Source: an uncultured Gammaproteobacteria bacterium (lineage in GTDB: Bacteria > Patescibacteriota > Patescibacteriia > Magasanikbacterales > JBBTQS01). From it: DNA of 64,000 nucleotides. How positions within the stretch are numbered: position 1 is the first letter of the stretch; each line of letters opens with the position of its first letter. A model generated the notes under the pieces. That model had not been told where the DNA came from. It ran no database searches and saw only the letters and a program-made list of their open reading frames with translations. Shown here in pieces: positions 8,806 through 17,844 of this stretch. The stretch covers positions 758,359 through 822,358 of the forward strand of contig OZ246400.1 in assembly GCA_965230935.1 (NCBI GenBank), read 5' to 3'. The position numbers and the translations under genes are program-made.

Positions 8806-11060
8806 GTAACACAACGAAACAGTTTGATGTAACTGGCATGACCTGTGCGTCATGCGTTGCGATTATTGAGCGTGCGATTGGTAAGGTAGATGGGGTTGAT
8901 TCAGTGGCGGTTAATATTGCCACTGAAAAAGCTACCGTTGGTTTTGATTCAGCAAAAGTAAATCTTGAAACGCTCAATACCGCGCTTGGCGCACATGGCT
9001 ACACGTTTGTACAAAAGGACGTCGATACAAAACAAGAAGCAGATAGTACTGCGGTAGCAGAAGTACGCGCCTTGCGAAAAGTGGCACTCCCTGCGTTTGT
9101 GGCAGCAGCATTGTTGTTTGTCGCCATGATTATTGAGTTGAGCATGCAGGCGGTTGGATTAGAATTTTTTGTACCGATGCGACAATGGCATGTGTTGCAA
9201 TTTATCATCGCAACGCCGGTGTTGTTTTTGGCCGGAGGAAGATTTTTTGCCGGAGTGTGGCGATTTATCCGTTATGGAAGAGCTGACATGAACTCGCTTG
9301 TTGGGATTGGAACCATTGTGGCGTATGTCTATAGCACGGCAATCTTGTTCTTACCCCAACTACAAACGCAACTGGGATTGCCATCAGTAGTGTACTTTGA
9401 TGCCACAATTGTAGTAATCGGTTTTGTGCTGTTTGGAAAGTATCTTGAAGGACGATCGAAGATGAAGACCGGGCAAGCGATTCAGTCGTTGCTCAAACTT
9501 CAAGCGCGTATTGCCCATGTGCAGCGTGACGGAAAGATAGTTGATCTTCCGATTGAAGAGGTGCAAGTAGGTGATTTGTGTGTAGTGAAAGTTGGTGAGA
9601 AAATCCCAATCGATGGGATTATCACAGAAGGTTCATCCCACCTTGATGAAGCTATGATTACCGGGGAAAGTATGCCGGTGAAGCGTGAGGTTGGTGATGC
9701 CGTCATTGGTGCCACGATTAATACCGAAGCAGTGCTTACTATTGAGGCTACCGCAATCGGGGGAAATACCGTGTTAGCGCAGATTGTTAAGATGGTACAA
9801 GAGGCTCAAGGGTCTAAAGCCCCTATTCAACAATTTGCTGATACGATCTCTGCATACTTTGTCCCAGCGGTTGTGGTGATTGCCGTGGTGTCAGTTGTGC
9901 TCTGGCTTACGGTTGGGAGTAATCTCCTTGGGTTTGAAGCAGTGATTCCGATTGCGATCTCTGCACTGGTTGGGGTATTGGTTATTGCTTGTCCGTGTGC
10001 GCTTGGGTTGGCGACACCGACCGCAATTATTGTTTCAACCGGGACAGCAGCACGCAATGGACTTCTCATTAAGAACGCCGAAAGTTTAGAACGTGCGCAC
10101 GCAGTAGACACCATTGTCTTTGACAAGACCGGAACACTTACCCAAGGCTCTCCAACAGTCACTGACGTGGTCGCTGTAGATGGAAGTGATAAGCAGGAGA
10201 TTGCACGATATGCTGCTTCAGTGGAGAACATGTCCTCGCATCCCCTTGGTGCTGCTATTGTTGCATATGCACATGATGCCGATATGGATTTGGTTGATGT
10301 GCGTGATGCGACCGAGGTTGCTGGAATGGGGATTTATGCAACGATACAGAAAAAACAATGGATTGTGGGAACGACCACACTACTTACCCAATCCGGGGTA
10401 ACGATCAACGATGCACTGGTTTCTCAGACGACTGCTTTGCAAGAGCAAGGAAAGACGGTGGTGCATGTAGCACAAGGAAAGAAACACGTTGGTATTATCG
10501 CGATTACTGATGTGATTAAGGACAATGCAATTGCTGGCGTGTCGCAACTTCATAAACTCGGTGTCCGTGTCGTTATGCTTACCGGTGATAATACCAAGAC
10601 CGCAGAAGCGATTGCACAACAAGCGAGTATTGATGAAGTGCATGCTGAGTTGAGGCCAGAAGATAAAGCAAACATTATCAAAGAGCTGCAAAAGAAAGGA
10701 CGAGTAGTTGCTATGGTTGGTGATGGAATTAATGATGCACCTGCTCTTGCGCAATCAGACGTAGGAATTGCAATGAGTACCGGTACTGATGTGGCAATCG
10801 AGTCTGCTGATATTACGGTGCTGCATGGAGACATTACCAAAGTGGTGGATGCATTGCGATTATCCCGACGGACATTGCGGGTGATTAAGCAGAATTTGTT
10901 CTGGGCGTTCTTTTATAATGTCATTGGTATCCCGCTTGCCGCAGGATTGTTCTATCCAGTATTTGGGTGGCTACTCAATCCCGCATTTGCCGGAATGGCC
11001 ATGGCGTTTAGTTCGGTATCAGTGATTACCAATTCATTGCGACTGCGGCGATTCAAGTGA
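8802..11060 (+). CDS. copA: Copper-translocating P1B-type ATPase
   Basis: N-terminal HMA GMTCASCVAIIE, the CPCALGLATP transmembrane metal site, the DKTGTLT phosphorylation motif and the GDGINDAP hinge. Confidence 0.95.
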   Translation: MSNTTKQFDVTGMTCASCVAIIERAIGKVDGVDSVAVNIATEKATVGFDSAKVNLETLNTALGAHGYTFVQKDVDTKQEADSTAVAEVRALRKVALPAFVAAALLFVAMIIELSMQAVGLEFFVPMRQWHVLQFIIATPVLFLAGGRFFAGVWRFIRYGRADMNSLVGIGTIVAYVYSTAILFLPQLQTQLGLPSVVYFDATIVVIGFVLFGKYLEGRSKMKTGQAIQSLLKLQARIAHVQRDGKIVDLPIEEVQVGDLCVVKVGEKIPIDGIITEGSSHLDEAMITGESMPVKREVGDAVIGATINTEAVLTIEATAIGGNTVLAQIVKMVQEAQGSKAPIQQFADTISAYFVPAVVVIAVVSVVLWLTVGSNLLGFEAVIPIAISALVGVLVIACPCALGLATPTAIIVSTGTAARNGLLIKNAESLERAHAVDTIVFDKTGTLTQGSPTVTDVVAVDGSDKQEIARYAASVENMSSHPLGAAIVAYAHDADMDLVDVRDATEVAGMGIYATIQKKQWIVGTTTLLTQSGVTINDALVSQTTALQEQGKTVVHVAQGKKHVGIIAITDVIKDNAIAGVSQLHKLGVRVVMLTGDNTKTAEAIAQQASIDEVHAELRPEDKANIIKELQKKGRVVAMVGDGINDAPALAQSDVGIAMSTGTDVAIESADITVLHGDITKVVDALRLSRRTLRVIKQNLFWAFFYNVIGIPLAAGLFYPVFGWLLNPAFAGMAMAFSSVSVITNSLRLRRFK

Positions 11061-11074
11061 GACCAGGCATACAT

Positions 11075-11106
11075 ACACCCAGGCACATTGCCTGGGTGTA
11101 TTTTTT
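11075..11106. terminator. Bidirectional intrinsic terminator between convergent copA and the 11105-11710 gene
   Basis: Stem ACACCCAGGC / GCCTGGGTGT with loop ACATT, followed by TTTTTT (A-run on the other strand). Confidence 0.7.
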
Positions 11107-11710
11107 AGTCGTGAGGGATTATATCGACATGGGTATCTTTTTCTTCTGTCGGTATTTCAGGTGTGTCGCGATTCGTATCTTGTATAGATACATCATCACC
11201 TATTGGCTTTCCATGGTGGTCGGTTATCTCTATGGTAGAGAATATAGTTTTCGCTGCAATAATACTCCCACCATATAAGAGTAATCCGACTACAATTGAA
11301 ATACCAATTGCCGATGCGAATTTACGAAAAAATTTTGTAAGAGTGTGTGTAGGGTTGTGCCAAAGAATCAAAGCAACAATAGCAATAAGTTCTATAGTCA
11401 CCAGAATGATTCCCAGAGGATCAACATGTTCCGGAGCGTTTAAAAATGGTGCGGGAAAAATTCGAGTAAAGATCCACATACTCAGGAGTGCACCGTTAAG
11501 CACAATACCAATATGGTGAAATAGTTCTTTTTGGTTTTTATAAAACCAAAACGCCCAAACAAGTTGGGCAACGCCAATGACAATAAAAAAGAACCATTCA
11601 GGAGCAACACCTTTGTGTACTTGGGCAACAAGTGTTATGTGGAGTATCCCAGCGGTAATTGCACTCATTCCGGCAAGAGAGCCATATACTTTTTTAGGGA
11701 CAGTGTGCAT
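11105..11710 (-). CDS. Hypothetical polytopic membrane protein with an acidic, His-containing C-terminal tail
   Basis: 201-aa ORF with 5 or 6 hydrophobic helices; tail ...DHHGKPIGDD...THVDIIPHD. Confidence 0.5.
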   Translation of the reverse strand: MHTVPKKVYGSLAGMSAITAGILHITLVAQVHKGVAPEWFFFIVIGVAQLVWAFWFYKNQKELFHHIGIVLNGALLSMWIFTRIFPAPFLNAPEHVDPLGIILVTIELIAIVALILWHNPTHTLTKFFRKFASAIGISIVVGLLLYGGSIIAAKTIFSTIEITDHHGKPIGDDVSIQDTNRDTPEIPTEEKDTHVDIIPHD

Positions 11711-11765
11711 AGATAAGAAATATTGTTATTTCGGGCAGCAGACTGTGTCTGCTGCCCGAAGTGAT

Positions 11766-12278
11766 TTATTTGTGTCGTAATGATGCGAAGATCATAAAGA
11801 TACCAAAGATGATGACCAAAAGGAATATCATCGGTACCCAACTGGCATGCCAGCCAAATCCCCAAGAACCCATCATCGTCGGTCCTGGCAAGGGAATTTG
11901 CTGCGTATTTGGTGGCTGTACTTGTTCGTTTCTGCGTACGCCCATAAGGGTAAGTACGTTGTCAGCTTGCTTTTCGCAGTACATCTTTTGTGCAATCCGA
12001 ACATGGGCATTATGCAGCATCGGTGTACCTTCACCACCCATCATGTCATCCATCATATTGTGAACTTCTTCATCCGGATACATGAGGTTCATGAAGTATT
12101 CGCCAATCATTTCATATTCATCTTCAGAAAGTTCATCACAGGACACTTCTTGTTCAATAAGCGTCTTTGCTTCTTCAAGATTTGCATCGCCGTGTGCATA
12201 TACACTAGTGACCAGTAGAGGAGTTAGTAAGATTGCGGTCAGTATAATGCCAAGCGGGCGATATTGTGTGGTAGTCAT
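11766..12278 (-). CDS. Met/His-rich secreted protein with a C-terminal TM anchor; putative periplasmic copper-binding protein
   Basis: Signal peptide (LLTPLLVTSVYAHG), Met-rich stretches (MNLMYPDEEVHNMMDDMMGG, MLHNAH) and a C-terminal hydrophobic helix. Lies in the cop cluster. Confidence 0.5.
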   Translation of the reverse strand: MTTTQYRPLGIILTAILLTPLLVTSVYAHGDANLEEAKTLIEQEVSCDELSEDEYEMIGEYFMNLMYPDEEVHNMMDDMMGGEGTPMLHNAHVRIAQKMYCEKQADNVLTLMGVRRNEQVQPPNTQQIPLPGPTMMGSWGFGWHASWVPMIFLLVIIFGIFMIFASLRHK

Positions 12279-12760
12279 ATTCTGGTGAATTCGGTAATTA
12301 CTCCTTCAGCATCAAATGCATAGATAATGAAGGGTTCTTGTTGTGGTCCAGGCATCCCTGGAGATCCTTGGGGCATCCCGGGTAGTGCGATGCCAACGAT
12401 ATCGGGCTTCTCTTGCATGAGACGTTCGACTACTGTTTCAGGAACATGGCCTTCTACCACATAGTTTCCAATGATGCTGGTATGACAACTTTCCAAGGAT
12501 TTAGGTACCCCAAGTCTGTTTTTCACATCAGTGATATCGTCTTGTTGTACCACTTCTATTGTATATCCTTTTCGACGCATGTGTGAAACGTATCCACCGC
12601 AACATCCGCAGGTTGGCGACTTGTATACTGTCATTTCTGTAGTATCAATTCGCTGTGCCAGTTGCGTTTGGGTGGTCGTTCGTTGATAGAAGATCATGCC
12701 GGCTAATATCAACAGCACTCCGGTTGCGCCAAGAAGTAATTGTTTCTTGGTTTTCTTCAT
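12275..12760 (-). CDS. DUF411 (CopG-like) periplasmic metal-binding protein with a CxCCG motif
   Basis: N-terminal TM/signal followed by the YKSPTCGCCGGY motif characteristic of DUF411/CopG copper-resistance proteins. Confidence 0.7.
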   Translation of the reverse strand: MKKTKKQLLLGATGVLLILAGMIFYQRTTTQTQLAQRIDTTEMTVYKSPTCGCCGGYVSHMRRKGYTIEVVQQDDITDVKNRLGVPKSLESCHTSIIGNYVVEGHVPETVVERLMQEKPDIVGIALPGMPQGSPGMPGPQQEPFIIYAFDAEGVITEFTRI

Positions 12761-12762
12761 AG

Positions 12763-13527
12763 TTAGAGAAGAGAATCAATCAAGTCTTGGATTTGCGAAA
12801 TTGGAAGCGCGCCAGAGAGTGGTATGGTTTCTCCACTTGGTGAGATCACTACCGAATAGGGAGTACCTTGTCCGCCCGCAGCAACCGCCTCTTTGCTGTG
12901 TTGGGTTACTACTGGGGACATTTCTCCGGAATCAAGACAGTTAGTGAATGCGCTTCGATCAAGTCCTATTGCTTGTGCAATATCCGGCAACTCACTTTCG
13001 GCAAGCCCATCATTTGATGGTGTGCGTTCGAAGATTTCATCCAGATATGCCCAGAAGCCATCATTGCCACCAAGCTTTGCGGCACATTCAGTTGCTTCGG
13101 CTTCTTTACGCGCATTTCGATGGAGACTTTCAAGTGGGAAGTGTTTGTACACCCACTTTACTTTTCCGGGGTATGTAGCGAGAATTTGCTGCATAGTGGG
13201 ATGGAAACGTTTACAGAATGGGCATTCGATATCTGAGAATTCAACGATGGTAATCGGCGCATCGTTGTCTCCACGGATGTGATCTTGGTTGGTTATCGCA
13301 GCCAGTTGTATCGGTGCGCTTGGTGCGGGGTTTGGATTTGGTGCTGCTGCAGGTATAGGCACCTCAGCTACTGTAGGAGTTGGTACAATTGCAGCAGTGG
13401 TTGTGTCATCACGAAGTACAATTCCAAGGAGGATAAAAAATCCAATTGTGCAGAGGATAAGGATGCCACCGGCAAATCCCACGAGTGCACTTCGTTTATC
13501 AATTAAGGTTGGTTGTTGTTCGTTCAT
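12763..13527 (-). CDS. DsbA-like thioredoxin-fold thiol:disulfide oxidoreductase, membrane anchored
   Basis: N-terminal TM helix and the CPFC active-site motif (FSDIECPFCKRFH) typical of DsbA/BdbD. Confidence 0.8.
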   Translation of the reverse strand: MNEQQPTLIDKRSALVGFAGGILILCTIGFFILLGIVLRDDTTTAAIVPTPTVAEVPIPAAAPNPNPAPSAPIQLAAITNQDHIRGDNDAPITIVEFSDIECPFCKRFHPTMQQILATYPGKVKWVYKHFPLESLHRNARKEAEATECAAKLGGNDGFWAYLDEIFERTPSNDGLAESELPDIAQAIGLDRSAFTNCLDSGEMSPVVTQHSKEAVAAGGQGTPYSVVISPSGETIPLSGALPISQIQDLIDSLL

Positions 13528-13597
13528 AGGGTTATGAGATAATACAATTCAATACAAAAACACAACAGCAAAGATAGTTGTGTTGTGGGAAAGGTAT

Positions 13598-13999
13598 TTA
13601 AAACAATTTAGGGTGGAGAATTCCTTTGCGGAGGATTTGCAGTAATTGAGAGAATATTTTGGTATTGCCGAAATTCGTTTTGAGGTGGTGGAGTAAAATA
13701 CGCCATCGGTTGCTCAGTACATCAGAGGTGGTCCGTCCGAACCAAGTCATTACGAGAATGATGATACTCAGTGCGATGAATTGTGGTGCGGTCACTGACC
13801 ACTCACTATTCATATCAATTACACTATGACCTAAGATCGCGCAGCAGATACTTGAGTGATGAGCTTCTGATGTTGAAGTGGTGGCCACGTGATTTGTCGG
13901 TTGGTTTACCACCATGGAAAGTCCGATTCCTTGGCAAAACATAAATAACCCGGCCAGTATGAGGGTAATCAGAATTGGGCTTTTTGCAATCTGCTGCAT
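13598..13999 (-). CDS. Hypothetical membrane protein
   Basis: 133-aa ORF with hydrophobic segments; no recognised motif. An inverted repeat followed by a T-run lies downstream (13562-13600) on the minus strand. Confidence 0.4.
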   Translation of the reverse strand: MQQIAKSPILITLILAGLFMFCQGIGLSMVVNQPTNHVATTSTSEAHHSSICCAILGHSVIDMNSEWSVTAPQFIALSIIILVMTWFGRTTSDVLSNRWRILLHHLKTNFGNTKIFSQLLQILRKGILHPKLF

Positions 14000-14102
14000 A
14001 GGGATTATGATACCATCATGGTATCAAAGATTATGGTATCTGAGTAGGGAGTGATAGAGAAGAAAAAATCCCAGTTCTGGGATTTTTTCTACCCTCCTCT
14101 TT

Positions 14103-14148
14103 TAGAGCGGCAAACCGGGTTCGAACCGGCGACCTCATCCTTGGCAAG
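14103..14148 (-). repeat. Distal 46-nt direct repeat of the tRNA-Gly 3' half (att site), with the probable ancestral tRNA terminator hairpin next to it
   Basis: TAGAGCGGCAAACCGGGTTCGAACCGGCGACCTCATCCTTGGCAAG matches 45 of 46 positions of tRNA-Gly from the anticodon loop to the CCA end (19751-19796). The flanking hairpin AAAATCCCAG-TTC-TGGGATTTT is at 14070-14092. Confidence 0.85.
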
Positions 14149-14307
14149 TATTCCTAAAAGACAGGAGGCACCCGGCAGGCAACGGAGCGACCGTTGTGCG
14201 GGGTTGATTAGTACAAGAAGATTAGCATTAAGAAATTTACGCTGTCAAATTAATGGAATTCAAAACACCCAGCCGGTTGGCCGAGTGTCTCGGTTGTTGT
14301 TGAATTG

Positions 14308-16557
14308 TTAGTCCCTCTGCGATTTGCCAAGGAACGTGTCCCAGTTTAACCAATCATCCTTGTAAGTTCTACGCGGCGTGCTTGGTAGCTGTTTCACGTT
14401 GCTTGCCAACTCTTCGTACTCCGATTTACTACCCACTTTCTTGGACTGGACGAACGCCGAAGCTATTTCGTAGTCCCAGAAACGAGCAGAGCGTCCTCGG
14501 AGTTTGCTCTTGTGAGTTCCCAGAAAAGTTGACCAGTCCACCCAATCGTCCTCGTAGACAACGTCTGGATGTCGAGGTAGGCATTTCGGTTTGGGAAGAC
14601 CTCTGCGCAGCTCCCTGTATGAAGGTTCCGTGGTGACCCCGTTATCTCTTACGAACTTAACGGCATCAGCATACGGAAGGAGGTGGGATCGACGTCCTGC
14701 TTCTTCCCTCCGCCTTTCCTTCCCCAGGAACATGCCCCAATCCACCCAATCCTCACTGTAAGTTCGGTTTGGATTACTCGGGAGGCTTGCAGTTCGCGAA
14801 GCCAGCTCCTGGTATAAAGACTTGGATGTCACCCCTTCAGCACGAGCCAGAGCGGAAGCCGCTCGATAGTCGTAGAATTCTTGACCACCCCACACCTTTC
14901 CTGTGCCACAGAAGTGGGGCCAGCCACGCCACTCGTCGCTGTAGAATTTCTTGGGGTTTTGAGGTAGACGACGGTCTTTGCGGTAGTGCTGTTGGTACTG
15001 CGTAGAGTTCAAGACTCTCGGTCGCAGTCGCCTAAGAGCAGTCATCGCTTCCCCCATCGTGGAGTAAAGTTCGACCACGACCTTATCAGCAGCGGCCAGG
15101 ATGTCGACCATCTCTTCGGAGAACAGAATCTTGAAGCCGGCAGCGATGATCACGCTCTTGCGATTACCTCCACCACCTCCACCTGGTTCGTCCTCCTCTT
15201 CGTCCTCGTCGGAATCAGCCTCAGCCTCGCTGTCGCCGTCCTCCTCTTCGTCCTCGTCGGAATCAGCCTCAGCCTCGCTGTCGCCGTCGTCAAGTCCAGG
15301 TTTCGGCTTCAAGTGGCCACCCCAATCCTCGACACTCACGCCGTCCTCCGAGTAGGATTTCGGATCGAAGTCGGGAGTAGCACCGTAGTCCTCGAGGAAA
15401 CCAGCAATCATCTGCAGACGTCGAACGTTTCCGACGAAGTCCAGGACAATCACGGTTTTTTCTGCGTTGCGCAGACCCCGACCCAACTGCTGAGTCCAGA
15501 TTCGAACAGAGTCCGTGACCCGGAGAAACACGACAAGCTCAGCGTCAGGGATGTCCATCCCTTCGTTGAACATGTTGATTACCAGGATGGTTTGCAGATC
15601 CCCCTCTCGGAAGTCGTGCAGAATCGCATCCAAGCCTCCTTCCGCCTTGGAGTGAAACGGAACGGCGTCAGGCATAAACTCGTTCACAACCTCGATGTGC
15701 TTCACGTCCCGACAGAAGATGATGGTCTTCTTACTGGCTCCCTGCTCTTTCCTGATGATTCGGCATTGCTCCTCGAGAGACTCCTCGAGGAACACACTGC
15801 GGTTGATGTCCGCAATACTGACGAGTCGATCTCCTTCGTCGAGGCGCCGTAGAAGCTCTCTGAGCTTGGCCTCGTCGAGGTTGTCCGACATGAGCCGGTA
15901 GTCCAGATAGGCCAGATACCCAGGTGGCTGGGTTTCGGCCATCCGGAGCGCTTGCATCAGGGTGAGTTGGAACACTGGTCGGCCAAAGACTTCGTCGGTG
16001 TCCCAGGTTGTCGTGTCCGCACGCTCTGGTGTGGCGGTAAGACCGACCGTGAAGGTCGCACCCGAGAAGTACTCCAATACTCCCAGGTAAGTCTCGGCCG
16101 GCGCGTGATGACACTCGTCCACGATGATGAGGGTGAACTCATCCTTCGTGTATCGGGAGAGCCGATTCCCCATCCCTTGGAATGTGGTGAACAGTACGTC
16201 GGCGTCCGGATTCTCGGTTTCCTTGCTGCAGATGATTCCGGTCGTGAAACCAGTCCCCGCAAGCGTGGAAGCGAAGTCACCTTTTCTTGCCTGACGCATC
16301 GGACCGGTTTGGTCCACCATGAAAAGAACACGCCCACCATGATACTGGAGCCAGTTACGTACGAACTCCGCAATGGTGAACGTCTTGCCAAGGCCGGTGG
16401 CCATGACAACGAGCGCTCGCTTCTGTCCCTGCACGTATGCTGCCGTGAGTGCCACGTTACAGCACAGCTGGTAGGGACGGAGCACCTTCTTTGCCTTTGC
16501 AGGCTTACTTGCTGTCATGATCACCCTCCTACGAGTGCCCAGTTGTTGATGGTCCAA
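14308..16557 (-). CDS. SF2 (DEAD/DEAH, type III restriction Res-like) helicase with a poly-acidic linker and four C-terminal ~55-aa Trp-rich repeats carrying the motif Y-x-[DE]-[DE]-W-x-x-W-x-x-F-[LC]-G
   Basis: Helicase motifs LRPYQ, MATGLGKTF (Walker A), IIVDECHH (DExH) and TATP, plus helicase-C motifs QxxGRGxR. The linker contains DGDSEAEADSDEDEEED twice. The repeats are FYSDEWRGWPHFCG, YSEDWVDWGMFLG, YEDDWVDWSTFLG and YKDDWLNWDTFLG. Confidence 0.8.
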   Translation of the reverse strand: MDHQQLGTRRRVIMTASKPAKAKKVLRPYQLCCNVALTAAYVQGQKRALVVMATGLGKTFTIAEFVRNWLQYHGGRVLFMVDQTGPMRQARKGDFASTLAGTGFTTGIICSKETENPDADVLFTTFQGMGNRLSRYTKDEFTLIIVDECHHAPAETYLGVLEYFSGATFTVGLTATPERADTTTWDTDEVFGRPVFQLTLMQALRMAETQPPGYLAYLDYRLMSDNLDEAKLRELLRRLDEGDRLVSIADINRSVFLEESLEEQCRIIRKEQGASKKTIIFCRDVKHIEVVNEFMPDAVPFHSKAEGGLDAILHDFREGDLQTILVINMFNEGMDIPDAELVVFLRVTDSVRIWTQQLGRGLRNAEKTVIVLDFVGNVRRLQMIAGFLEDYGATPDFDPKSYSEDGVSVEDWGGHLKPKPGLDDGDSEAEADSDEDEEEDGDSEAEADSDEDEEEDEPGGGGGGNRKSVIIAAGFKILFSEEMVDILAAADKVVVELYSTMGEAMTALRRLRPRVLNSTQYQQHYRKDRRLPQNPKKFYSDEWRGWPHFCGTGKVWGGQEFYDYRAASALARAEGVTSKSLYQELASRTASLPSNPNRTYSEDWVDWGMFLGKERRREEAGRRSHLLPYADAVKFVRDNGVTTEPSYRELRRGLPKPKCLPRHPDVVYEDDWVDWSTFLGTHKSKLRGRSARFWDYEIASAFVQSKKVGSKSEYEELASNVKQLPSTPRRTYKDDWLNWDTFLGKSQRD
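15193..15288. repeat. Exact 48-bp tandem duplication (two copies) inside the helicase gene, encoding the 16-aa acidic unit DGDSEAEADSDEDEEE
   Basis: CTCCTCTTCGTCCTCGTCGGAATCAGCCTCAGCCTCGCTGTCGCCGTC occurs at 15193-15240 and again at 15241-15288 with no mismatch. Confidence 0.9.
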
Positions 16558-16634
16558 ATCTCAGGCGAATGTCTGAGCAAGACCGGAAGCCCCAAGTGGG
16601 CACGGAGTAGGAGGTGATTGACGTCCTAAAGATA

Positions 16635-16691
16635 CCTATGGCGACATAGGTAAGGACACAAAATCATAGCATAATTTAGCCAATATGTCAA
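16635..16691 (-). promoter_or_regulatory. Minus-strand promoter TTGACA-N17-TATGAT for the helicase gene, with the palindrome ACCTATG-GCGA-CATAGGT at the predicted start region (candidate operator)
   Basis: Read on the minus strand: TTGACA (16691-16686), a 17-nt spacer, then TATGAT (16668-16663). The 7-bp arm palindrome at 16635-16652 lies 10-27 nt downstream of the -10 element. The motif TTTAGCCAA occurs twice upstream. Confidence 0.55.
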
Positions 16692-16921
16692 GTATAAATG
16701 ATCATTAGGGATGTGTACATTGGCATGGTCTAACCAATTTAGCCAAATAATGGGTAGCCAGCGACCTCACCCCTGGAAAAGATGTGTGGTAAAAAAGTGA
16801 AAGATGATGTGCCAAATCACAAGATCGTTGATTGAACACGATTTTCGTTAAATTTTTTTTGCCTAAAACAAAAGAAAAAACCCCTGTTCAGGGATTCCTT
16901 CTTCCTCCTCCTCTGGAGCGG

Positions 16922-16967
16922 CAAACCGGGTTCGAACCGGCGACCTCATCCTTGGCAAGCGTCCCGA
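16922..16967 (-). repeat. Second 46-nt direct repeat of the tRNA-Gly 3' half (internal att site between elements A and B)
   Basis: TGGAGCGGCAAACCGGGTTCGAACCGGCGACCTCATCCTTGGCAAG matches tRNA-Gly positions 32-76 exactly. The adjacent roughly 70 nt (16968-17035) resemble the 14149-14215 sequence and include a CAACGG-N5-CCGTTG hairpin. Confidence 0.9.
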
Positions 16968-17314
16968 AAAGAGAGGAGGGAACTTTGCAAGCAACGGCAG
17001 AGCCGTTGTGCAGGGTTGATTAGTTTCTCCATTCTACCAAGACGAGGCTGTTTCCGTCAACTCACCGGAATGATTATATAAAATCTGCTGTCGAACTACA
17101 AGACGACCCCAAAGGGTCGTCTTGTTTGTGTTCAACTGCCACCGCAGGGCTGTGGATAAGCCATGCATCTCGCGGTACGTCTCAAAACCAACGAGTTGCT
17201 CTATGCTAATGGCAGGCCGATGGTCCTGCCACCCCCTGGCTGCGACGACTGGCTTTGCGGAACCCATCATCTACACGAAAGGAGGTGACCCACGACTGTA
17301 CAGCATTCGGCTGA

Positions 17315-17638
17315 ATGCTGTCAAATAACCCTATGAAATCACAAATGAATCCGGTCGGTCGGCCGCTTGTGTTGCGCGTGCGCGGGCTGCGTACCTGTCG
17401 TCTTGGCGATGCCATGACTCAGCGTCAGCTCGCCGACCTTGCAGGCATCACGCTTAAGCGCCTTCAGCGTCTTGAGACCATGCGCGTAATGCCACATGAG
17501 TTGCAGGAGCTTCACGCGCTTGCCCTCGCGTTGCAGGTGCCGATGGAGCAGCTGTTCCACCCGCAGTGGGGCGAAGACCACCGAACCATCATCGAGGACA
17601 GGCGGTCGGTCTTGGCTGCAGGTCGTCAGGCCGCGTGA
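17315..17638 (+). CDS. XRE-family helix-turn-helix transcriptional regulator (Cro/CI-like); the true start may be an internal Met
   Basis: HTH segment MTQRQLADLAGITLKRLQRLE; small size; located within integrated element B. Confidence 0.55.
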   Translation: MLSNNPMKSQMNPVGRPLVLRVRGLRTCRLGDAMTQRQLADLAGITLKRLQRLETMRVMPHELQELHALALALQVPMEQLFHPQWGEDHRTIIEDRRSVLAAGRQAA

Positions 17639-17815
17639 CGCTGGTGGCGCCGGTTGGGCGAGAACGCCCTTGAGGGTTCAGTTTCTTTGTATCGTCGTCT
17701 CATGCTGTACTTTCCAGTTGGCGAGACCCTGCTGGCCCTATCCGCCATAGATTCGTTAGAAGAAATCAGCGAGACCCGCGGCGAACGCCGATACAAGGCG
17801 TAGGCTTGACAAAGT

Positions 17816-17844
17816 ACATAAAATGTGTTATGCTGCTCCAAACA
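17816..17844 (+). promoter_or_regulatory. Near-consensus sigma70 promoter TTGACA-N17-TATGCT inside element B, driving an apparently noncoding stretch
   Basis: TTGACA 17816-17821, a 17-nt spacer, TATGCT 17839-17844. It forms an AT-rich patch inside GC-rich DNA. Confidence 0.55.

Larger units (their letters stand above)
14149..16921 (-). mobile_element. GC-rich integrated element A (distal, integrase-less) at the tRNA-Gly att site; carries the SF2 helicase gene
   Basis: Bounded by tRNA-Gly 3'-half direct repeats at 14103-14148 and 16922-16967. About 60% GC against a backbone of about 45% GC. Confidence 0.7.

Noticed and set aside
14600-16557. The C-terminal repeats of the helicase might be the Pfam helicase-associated (HA) domain.
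   Set aside because: The HA repeat as I recall it has LG.W with differently placed Trp. The W-x-x-W-x-x-FLG order here differs, so it is left unassigned.
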